Assembly (NCBI GenBank): GCA_964634875.1
Contig: CAZWKA010000007.1
Span: 1,649 to 65,648, forward strand
DNA from: an uncultured Gammaproteobacteria bacterium
Lineage (GTDB): Bacteria; Patescibacteriota; Patescibacteriia; Magasanikbacterales; GWA2-37-8
Length of the DNA stretch: 64,000 bases
Reading direction: 5' to 3'
Notes under the pieces: generated by a model
The model's database searches: none
The model's input: the letters and a program-made list of their open reading frames with translations, nothing else
Told to the model about the DNA's origin: nothing
Shown here: positions 57,008 through 64,000 of the stretch, piece after piece
Numbering within the stretch: position 1 is the first letter of the stretch
Layout: each line of letters starts with the position of its first letter
Made by a program: the position numbers and the translations under genes

Positions 57008-57180
57008 ACAGGCTCTTTCTTATCTTCGTTCCCCGCGGCCAGCATTCTAGCTCGCCGCTTCAACCCTGTAGACACCTTCACCTTGAAGGTGTCTAGCGGA
57101 CTGAATAGTCACCCAAAAATTGACAGCTTACCCTGGCCGTGGTACTATGGAGGCGTTCTGAACTATCTCTTTTTTGTTCT

Positions 57181-57399
57181 ATGAAAGAAAACCTATACAA
57201 CATTTCTCAGCTTGTTTTAGCCATTTTACTCATTATTGTCGTCCTACTCCAACAAAAAGGCGGCGGCTTGGGTGCGGCTTTTGGTGGTTCCAGCAATGTT
57301 TACAGCACCAAACGCGGCGTTGACAAAATACTCCATTATTCGACTATTGTTGTTAGCGTACTTTTCTTCGGCTTGTCCTTAGTCCGCCTTATCTTCTAA
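57181..57399 (+). CDS. secG: Preprotein translocase subunit SecG
   Basis: VLLQQKGGGLGAAFGG...KRGVDKIL motif. Confidence 0.93.
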   Translation: MKENLYNISQLVLAILLIIVVLLQQKGGGLGAAFGGSSNVYSTKRGVDKILHYSTIVVSVLFFGLSLVRLIF

Positions 57400-57482
57400 A
57401 TTGCCTTGGTTCGAGGCCTCTTAGAACGCCAGACACAACCTGGCTCCGGCAAACAGCCTCCCTCCAATAACCTTCTTCCCTC

Positions 57483-59438
57483 ATGAAGTTCGGCACTTTT
57501 TTTACGTGGTTTAAAAAACAAACCCGCAGCATCTTGCCCAAGTCGAAACTTGACCACAAGCTTATCGGCTCAATCAATGCGCGGACAATCCCGAGCCTTA
57601 CCCAGCTTAAGTACGTCGGCCATTTTCTGGCACCACAAGAAAAAAAGATGCTAGGTATCCTGGGAACTGTCGTAGCTGTTGCGACATTGGCCCTGGGTGG
57701 TGTTTTTGTTGTCACTCACTTCACGGCTGTAGCTAAAGAAGGCGGTGACTACAGCGAAGCAATGGTCGGACAACCTAAATTTATCAACCCGATCTACGCA
57801 AGCGTCAGCGATATTGACAGCGACCTGAGCTTTTTAACCTATACCGGACTTTTCCGCTATACTAACGGCCACGAACTTACCCCTGATCTGGCCGAAAAAT
57901 ACACCCTCAGCGACGATAAAAAATCCTATACCGTCACCCTTAAACCTAACATCGTTTGGTCCGATGGAGAGCCGCTCAAGGCCGACGATATCATCTTTAC
58001 ATTTGAGACGATCCAAAACCCCGAATCAAGCAGCCCCCTCTTACCTGCTTTCCAAGGAGTAATCATTGAAAAAATAGATGAGTCAACTATCCGCTTCACC
58101 CTCAAAGAACCCTTTGCACCGTTTCTCAACAGCTTAACCGTAGGCATCATACCCGAACATATTTGGAGCGGGATTCCACCGCTTAATCTGAAGCTTGCTC
58201 CGACCAACCTCAAACCTGTGGGTACTGGCCCGTGGAAATTTAGCAGGCTCATCAAAGACGATCTCGGCACGATCCAAAGTTACGTTCTCGTACCCAACGA
58301 CTTATACTACGGCCAAAAACCATACCTTAAGACCCTAACGTTTAAATTTTTTGTTGACCCAAACGAAGCGGTCGAGGCAGTGCAAAACCAGTCGGTTTCG
58401 GCTATTAGCTTTGTACCGAGCAAATCCAAAGACAAACTCAACAGCAAAAACTTGGTAAGCCACACGCTCATTCTACCCCAGTACACCGCCCTATTTTTCA
58501 ACCAAACCCAAAACGATAACCTAAAAGACAAGGATTTACGCCTCGCTCTCGCGACTGCGCTTGATAAACAACAAATCGTGGACACAGCGCTTGAAGGCGC
58601 AGGGCAAGCGATCGATTCGCCACTTTTGCCGGGGAGTATTGGGTACTACCCTGATATCAAAAAAATCGCTTTTAACGTTGATGCGGCCAACGCACTTCTC
58701 GACAAAAAATGGGCTCGAATACAGCCCGAAGAATACTTTAAGCTGCGCCAAACGGCTCTCCTCAAAAATAGCCAGGCTGAAATTGATGCTGTAATCAAAA
58801 ACCCGCCCGAAGGCGAAACAGCGTCGAGCAGCGTCGATAGAATCAACCAGGATATCGCCGACCAGGTTCGCAGCGAAATGAGTTCGGAGCAAACCTTTTA
58901 CCGTAAGACCAAAGATGGTGTGCCACTCCGGCTCAGCATTACTTTTGTTGATACTAAGGAATACCAAAAAAGCGCCCAGATGGTCGCCGCCGCCTGGAAG
59001 GCGATCGGCGTACAAACCGACCTCAACCAGGTCAGCAGTCGTCAGATCAGCAGAGATGTATTTAAAAACCGTTCCTACCAAATCCTACTGTACGGCGAAA
59101 TCATTGGCGGTGATCCCGACCTGTTCCCTTTCTGGCACTCCACGCAAAGCGATTATCCCGGTCTTAATTTGGCTCAGTTTTCCGACCGCACCGCCGATAA
59201 ACATCTGGAAGAAGCCCGCTCAGCGACTGACCCAGCTGCCCGCGAAGCTTTGTATAAAAAATTCCAAGACATTTTGGTCGACCAATTACCTGCTATTTTC
59301 TTGTTTACGCCTAATTACAATTTCTTTGTGAACGAAAATATTAAAGGTATTACTGTCGAACGTATTACTGCGCCCAGCGACCGGTATAACACTTTGAGCA
59401 ATTGGTATGTAAAAACAAGTTGGAAATGGAAAGAATAA
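57483..59438 (+). CDS. Peptide ABC transporter substrate-binding protein (family 5)
   Basis: PDLAEKY, WSDGEPLKADDIIFT, PVGTGPWKF and PDLFPFWHS motifs. Confidence 0.9.
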   Translation: MKFGTFFTWFKKQTRSILPKSKLDHKLIGSINARTIPSLTQLKYVGHFLAPQEKKMLGILGTVVAVATLALGGVFVVTHFTAVAKEGGDYSEAMVGQPKFINPIYASVSDIDSDLSFLTYTGLFRYTNGHELTPDLAEKYTLSDDKKSYTVTLKPNIVWSDGEPLKADDIIFTFETIQNPESSSPLLPAFQGVIIEKIDESTIRFTLKEPFAPFLNSLTVGIIPEHIWSGIPPLNLKLAPTNLKPVGTGPWKFSRLIKDDLGTIQSYVLVPNDLYYGQKPYLKTLTFKFFVDPNEAVEAVQNQSVSAISFVPSKSKDKLNSKNLVSHTLILPQYTALFFNQTQNDNLKDKDLRLALATALDKQQIVDTALEGAGQAIDSPLLPGSIGYYPDIKKIAFNVDAANALLDKKWARIQPEEYFKLRQTALLKNSQAEIDAVIKNPPEGETASSSVDRINQDIADQVRSEMSSEQTFYRKTKDGVPLRLSITFVDTKEYQKSAQMVAAAWKAIGVQTDLNQVSSRQISRDVFKNRSYQILLYGEIIGGDPDLFPFWHSTQSDYPGLNLAQFSDRTADKHLEEARSATDPAAREALYKKFQDILVDQLPAIFLFTPNYNFFVNENIKGITVERITAPSDRYNTLSNWYVKTSWKWKE

Positions 59439-59451
59439 CGTTTACTTAAAA

Positions 59452-59533
59452 GCGGACGTGGCGGAACTGGTATACGCGTACGTCTCAGAAGCGTATGGAG
59501 CAATCCTTGAGGGTTCGAGTCCCTCCGTCCGCA
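59452..59533 (+). tRNA. tRNA-Leu(CAG)
   Basis: GCGGACG/CGTCCGC acceptor stem, anticodon loop CTCAGAA, long variable arm, GTTCGAG; CCA not encoded. Confidence 0.95.
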
Positions 59534-59560
59534 CAAACAAACAACCCCACCAATAATCCC

Positions 59561-59697
59561 GTCATTCCGACCGACCTGCCGCGGCGGGGAGCGGAGGAAC
59601 CCCTTAAAGCTTGTTTTACTTTTTTAGGTTTGTTTAAAAACAGACGCTAAGGGATTCCTCCGCTACACTCCTGTGTCGTCGTTCCGTTCGGAATGAC
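59561..59697. repeat. GTCATTCCGA...TCGGAATGAC palindromic element
   Basis: Arms AGCGGAGGAACCCCTTA and TAAGGGATTCCTCCGCT; nested ACCTGCCGCGGCGGGGA also present in the comEC copy. Confidence 0.85.
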
Positions 59698-59795
59698 AAC
59701 CAACTTTTTTAAACTCACATTTTTACTTATTTTATTTCTTTGAATTGTAGAATCTTCTTATTTTCTCATTTCAAGCTAACTCAACAAACTCTCGT

Positions 59796-61829
59796 ATGAA
59801 CCCAACACCGCTTGCCCCCCTCGCACCACTTGACCTGGGGAAACCATCGACCACACCACAGCTGCCTTTGCGCCGCCGTACTCCGAACACACCCTTTAGG
59901 GCTGCGCCTGTTTCGGCTCGTCAGCCAGCCGCACCCCTCGCTCGAGCGCCAATTGCTGCAGCTCCACTACAGCGCTTTCCCGCGCCTACAGAAAGCAAAT
60001 TAAAAACCACCACACCACATCTCGCTCACAAACCACTTCCGCACTCAGCGCACCAAACCGCCCGGCCACGCCGCGACAAAGGAACGGGCTTTACCCCATA
60101 CCAGGCCTACCCAGGAAAACCAACGGGCACCGCACCATTCAAGCCAGCCCCTACTCAGGCCGGTGGCGGCACGCTTCGGATTATTCCAATCGGCGGCTGT
60201 GAAGAAGTTGGACGCAACATGACCATCTACGAATATGGCGATGATATTATTATCCTCGACATGGGCGTGCAATTCCCGGAAGAAGACATGCCGGGTATTG
60301 ATTATGTCATCCCCAACACCAAATATTTAGTCGGCAAAGAAAAAAATATCCGTGGGGTTATTTTTAGCCACGGCCACCTCGATCATATTGGCGCCGCACC
60401 AATCCTGCTTGAAAAACTAGGCAACCCACCGATCATTGGCATGCCACTCACCCTTGCGATGATCAAACATCGCCAGGAAGATTACAAAAAAGATACCGGT
60501 GCCAAACTCCGTACGATCCCGGTCAAAACCATTAACGATGTCATCCAGCTCGGAGCTTTTAAAGTGAAATTTTTCCAGGTAGAGCATTCGATCATGGATT
60601 CGATGGGTACCATCCTCGAAACCCCGGCCGGAAGCGTCATGCATGCCGGAGACTGGACCATGGAGCGCCAAGAAGACGGCTCAACACATATCCACTACGA
60701 ACAGCTTCAAAACGTAAAAAAACCAAGCGTCCTCATGCTTGAGAGTCTTGGTTCTATTCGCGAAGGCCGCCACGCTACACACGAAGAACTCTACAGTAAC
60801 CTGACTGAAATTTTGGAAAACGCCCCAGGCCGGGTTATCTTGGCTACGTTTTCTTCCATGGTGGAACGCGTTAAATGGGTTCTGGAAGCTGCCCAAAAAC
60901 TGGGTAAATTTGTCGCCCTCGCTGGGTACAGCATGAAAATGAACATTGAGATCGCGCGCGAACTTGGCTATATCAAAGTAGGCAAGGGCGTCCAGATCGA
61001 CATGCGCGATATTGGTAAATACCCGGATAATAAAGTCGTACTAGTCTGTACAGGCGCACAAGGAGAAGAAAATGCTGCCCTCAACCGTATTGCCAGCGGC
61101 GAACATAAGGATATCCGTTTCCAAAAAAATGACACTGTAATCTTCTCGTCTTCCGTTATCCCGGGCAACGAGCGCACGGTTCAACGCCTCAAAGACAATA
61201 TCTACCGCCAGGTCGATAACGTCATTCATGGCGACCTGATGGACGTGCACGTCTCTGGACACGGCACTCGCCGCGATATCGTTGACATGTTAAACCAAGT
61301 CAAGCCTGATTTTTATATCCCGGTCTACGCCAACCACTTCTTTCTCAAAGAAGCCCGGAACCTGGCTGTCAAAAATGGCTACCCTGCTAACCGGATCTTT
61401 GTACCCGATAACGGTACGGTTATGGAATTATCCGGCGGCAAAATTACGGTCTTACCTAAAAAAGTACCGAGCGAATATGTGTTCGTGGACGGCCTCGGCG
61501 TTTCTGACTCGCAACATGTCGTACTGCGCGACCGCCAGGTCCTGGCTGAAGATGGCATGGTTGTGATCATCGCGACGGTTGATACCAAGAGCGGCAAGCT
61601 GATCCAGAATCCCGACATTATCTCTCGCGGGTTTGTCTTCCTCAAAGATCACAAAGAGTTAATCGAGGACTTACGCCACCGCGTCAAAAAGATGGTCGTT
61701 GAATCTGACCCGCTATCCTGGGCTGACACCAACAACATCCGCAACAAGATCCGCGACTATGTCGGTCAATTCCTCTTCACGAAAACCGAGAAGCGCCCGA
61801 TGATCTTACCAGTGGTGATTGAGGTATAG
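59796..61829 (+). CDS. rnj: Ribonuclease J with Pro-rich N-terminal extension
   Basis: GGCEEVGRNM, SHGHLDHIG, TGAQGE, HVSGH and KRPMILPVVIEV motifs. Confidence 0.96.
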   Translation: MNPTPLAPLAPLDLGKPSTTPQLPLRRRTPNTPFRAAPVSARQPAAPLARAPIAAAPLQRFPAPTESKLKTTTPHLAHKPLPHSAHQTARPRRDKGTGFTPYQAYPGKPTGTAPFKPAPTQAGGGTLRIIPIGGCEEVGRNMTIYEYGDDIIILDMGVQFPEEDMPGIDYVIPNTKYLVGKEKNIRGVIFSHGHLDHIGAAPILLEKLGNPPIIGMPLTLAMIKHRQEDYKKDTGAKLRTIPVKTINDVIQLGAFKVKFFQVEHSIMDSMGTILETPAGSVMHAGDWTMERQEDGSTHIHYEQLQNVKKPSVLMLESLGSIREGRHATHEELYSNLTEILENAPGRVILATFSSMVERVKWVLEAAQKLGKFVALAGYSMKMNIEIARELGYIKVGKGVQIDMRDIGKYPDNKVVLVCTGAQGEENAALNRIASGEHKDIRFQKNDTVIFSSSVIPGNERTVQRLKDNIYRQVDNVIHGDLMDVHVSGHGTRRDIVDMLNQVKPDFYIPVYANHFFLKEARNLAVKNGYPANRIFVPDNGTVMELSGGKITVLPKKVPSEYVFVDGLGVSDSQHVVLRDRQVLAEDGMVVIIATVDTKSGKLIQNPDIISRGFVFLKDHKELIEDLRHRVKKMVVESDPLSWADTNNIRNKIRDYVGQFLFTKTEKRPMILPVVIEV

Positions 61830-61846
61830 TACCACTTACGTCAATC

Positions 61847-61890
61847 GTCATTGCGAGCGAGGTCTGCCTGCCGGTAGGCAGGGAATCCCT
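61847..61890 (+). repeat. Half palindromic element with nested mini-palindrome
   Basis: GTCATTGCGAGCGAG-GTCTGCCTGCCGGTAGGCAGG-GAATCCCT. Confidence 0.75.
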
Positions 61891-62130
61891 TGGCGTTTGA
61901 ATACCATTTTTTGACCAATCTATACGCACCCACAAAAAACTTGGCTCAGCTAGCCAAGTTTTTTTATTTTCTTCACCGCTACCCTTTACAAAACTGCACG
62001 TATGGGTTCTACTTACATAAGATGCCTACGCACCATCTAAAGCTCTTTATCCCCGCCCGAAAGGCATTGTTGACAGTTCAAAAGTATGCTATGCTTGGCG
62101 CATTGTGTTTAAGGGATAGCAGCACTACTC

Positions 62131-62241
62131 TTGACAAAAGGGCTGCAACGGGCTAGCCTTATCCAGTTGTTCTTTCAAATATGTCGGGTGTGATATCTGT
62201 AAACTATTTTATAAGTTTATAGACACCACGCCCGAACATAT
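62131..62241 (+). promoter_or_regulatory. Promoter TTGACA-17-TAGCCT, boxA-like TGTTCTTTCAAATA, and long leader hairpin
   Basis: Motif at 62168-62181; ATATGTCGGGTGTG...CACGCCCGAACATAT at 62179-62241. Confidence 0.7.
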
Positions 62242-62263
62242 AACCTTAAAACGAGGAGGCTTC

Positions 62264-62629
62264 ATGATGAGCAAGTTGAACGGCCTGGAGCAGCCTTTTG
62301 TGGAGCTGCTCAAGCGGCTCGATGCCCGAAAGGCGGAAGGGTATGCGCCCGACCGTCGCTACGAGAGCGATGACTACGTCTTTCTGGCAGATGTTGCCGC
62401 ACACGACCCGGACGCTGTCACCAAGCTCGCTGATGACCTGCGCCAGGAGACCGGCAACAGGTTCCACGCTATCTACATGCTGGACCGCGTCCGGGAAGAG
62501 ATGGAGCTGGGAAGCCAGCCTCGACTGGCTCTCGAAGAGCAGATTCACCAGCTTCGGCTTGGCAGCGACCGCATGCGCTTCCGCATGGCATGCGATGGCC
62601 AGCTCCAGAAGAACGACGATGCGTCGTAG
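62264..62629 (+). CDS. High-GC hypothetical helical protein (islet)
   Basis: GAGGAGG SD (start may be the second ATG at 62267); GC-rich codons; hairpin GAGAGGCGA...TCGCCTCTC downstream. Confidence 0.72.
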   Translation: MMSKLNGLEQPFVELLKRLDARKAEGYAPDRRYESDDYVFLADVAAHDPDAVTKLADDLRQETGNRFHAIYMLDRVREEMELGSQPRLALEEQIHQLRLGSDRMRFRMACDGQLQKNDDAS

Positions 62630-62815
62630 TAGTTCCGTGAAACCCTACGCACGCGCACCAGACAACCCAGGAGAGGCGACTCACGGTATCGCCTCTCCCC
62701 CTTACCCCTCTATAACCAAAGACTTAGCAAGGTCTTTTTTTTGTTTAAAGCCAACTATTGACTTTTTTCGCTAAAAAATATATTATAGCGACGTTCAATT
62801 TGAACGAAAAACGAT

Positions 62816-62887
62816 GGCCCCATCGTCTATCGGTTAGGACATTGCCCTTTCAAGGCGAAAAGACGGGTTCGACTCCCGTTGGGGCTA
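62816..62887 (+). tRNA. tRNA-Glu(TTC)
   Basis: GGCCCCA/TGGGGCT acceptor stem, anticodon loop CTTTCAA, GTTCGAC; followed by terminator AAAAATGCCGC...GCGGCATTTTT. Confidence 0.95.
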
Positions 62888-63001
62888 CGAATAAAAATGC
62901 CGCTTAAACAGCGGCATTTTTTGTTGTAACCAAATTGGAAATCGAACTCTCGTGACTTTAGGTCTATAGTATGGTATTTTCATACTACATATATTTTTCC
63001 T

Positions 63002-63637
63002 ATGGAAAGACAAAATCAAAATCGCGAAAATCCCTCCATGCTACTCGAGCCCTGGCGTGAAATACCTACTCACTTTGTGAGTGTTTATCACCATACCAAC
63101 AAGGAGGCTCTTGAACCTATCAGCAGACAAGGTCTTACTCATTTTGTTGATCAAATTTCTGTAGAACACATGACTGCGGAAGAAAAAACGAAGACGATAT
63201 TTAACAGTCTTTGCGATACTTTTGCGAAAAAGCTGGGGAAACCGTTTGAAAGAGGTAAGGCTGTTTTTGCTGCAGTTGATAATGATGAAGCTGGCACCTG
63301 GTCGCATTTTGGCGATGTTGTACTGGAAATTAAAACTGACCCAGGTACGACATTTGTCTATGACAAAGTCCTGCACACAGCAGCGAGTATCGCTTGGCAT
63401 AGAACACCAGATGGAGAGCATTGGCTTCACGACCGACCAGAACAACGAGCGGCATTTGATGAGTTACAAAAACAATACCCAGAAAGCTTTGAATTTTATC
63501 TTGAAAAGTATTTGAAAGGAAGGATGAGTTTGACTGAATATAATACGCTGCCTGCAGAAGAGAAATATAAACGAATCTCAAAACCAGAAGTCGCTCTACC
63601 ATCCCCTGTTGACCCAAAGTTTATTCGTACAGTTTAA
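63002..63637 (+). CDS. Hypothetical protein, possible ADP-ribosyltransferase-like fold
   Basis: VYHHT...ISRQGL, AVFAA, VVLEI and PEVALPSPVDPKFI pattern. Confidence 0.6.
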   Translation: MERQNQNRENPSMLLEPWREIPTHFVSVYHHTNKEALEPISRQGLTHFVDQISVEHMTAEEKTKTIFNSLCDTFAKKLGKPFERGKAVFAAVDNDEAGTWSHFGDVVLEIKTDPGTTFVYDKVLHTAASIAWHRTPDGEHWLHDRPEQRAAFDELQKQYPESFEFYLEKYLKGRMSLTEYNTLPAEEKYKRISKPEVALPSPVDPKFIRTV

Positions 63638-63757
63638 AAGTTTGCAAACTGCTACGAGTAACCCTACACCGAAAAACTCCTCTAAAATAGAGGAGTTTTT
63701 TATTAAATAATTAAACTACATTTTCTATCTCCAATCTGTATTTTCAGATGGTTCTCA

Positions 63758-63848
63758 TTGACAAATCAGCTTTTTTTTAGTATGTTTATTTGTTATTTCT
63801 TGTATCAAATTTCATACCTAAGCAAAATAATTTTTCGCTTAGGTATGA
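63758..63848 (+). promoter_or_regulatory. Promoter TTGACA-17-TATGTT and 12-bp leader stem
   Basis: TCATACCTAAGC/GCTTAGGTATGA at 63812-63848. Confidence 0.65.
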
Positions 63849-63947
63849 GCTTTGACAGCTCCACGGTTCGTTTACAACGAGTCACGCCACAGAAGCATGA
63901 CTCTACATTTTTGCGATCAATCCACCTACCCCTACCAGGAGGAAACA

Positions 63948-64000
63948 GTGTTGCCGACGACGAAGCAGACCAAACTTGAAGGCCCCCTCTATGACCCAGG
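63948..64000 (+). CDS. Start of another SD-led islet gene (truncated by the window)
   Basis: AGGAGG-5nt-GTG; open to the window end. Confidence 0.45.
   Translation, partial: MLPTTKQTKLEGPLYDP

Noticed and set aside
63758-63979. 73-aa ORF near the window end
   Set aside because: It starts on the TTG of a -35 box and spans the leader hairpin; the SD-led GTG at 63948 is the better gene start.

Overview
The window looks like chromosome from a Patescibacteria (CPR) bacterium, Parcubacteria-like; this is inferred from gene content, AT-rich non-Shine-Dalgarno starts and a VirB4/PrgI/VirB6-type locus. The core layer (about 45% GC in a hand-counted sample) includes comF, a T4SS-like cluster with a 2645-aa Cys-rich surface protein, rsmA, tsaC, prfB, groESL with a CIRCE element, yidC, nusA, split comEC, leuS with inserted Nudix and HAD domains, mutM, trxA, infB, rny, HU, a mutY-like gene, secG, rnj, tRNA-Leu(CAG) and tRNA-Glu(TTC). 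A second layer is scattered between the core genes: about ten self-contained islets of GC-rich genes (72% GC in a hand-counted sample). These mostly encode Cys-rich secreted or lipoprotein products, plus a KAS III/FabH-like enzyme. Most islets have their own sigma70-type promoter, several have a boxA-like motif and a long leader hairpin, and all have a strong AGGAG Shine-Dalgarno that the core genes examined lack. This second gene class is the main candidate for an undescribed system, either host-derived genes or genes tuned for expression in a high-GC host. Two repeat families are also present: GTCATT...AATGAC palindromes, some inserted in frame in comEC and leuS, and heptamer-built intergenic hairpins resembling the flanks of a four-helix-bundle gene. 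All functional calls come from reading motifs by eye; no database searches were run.
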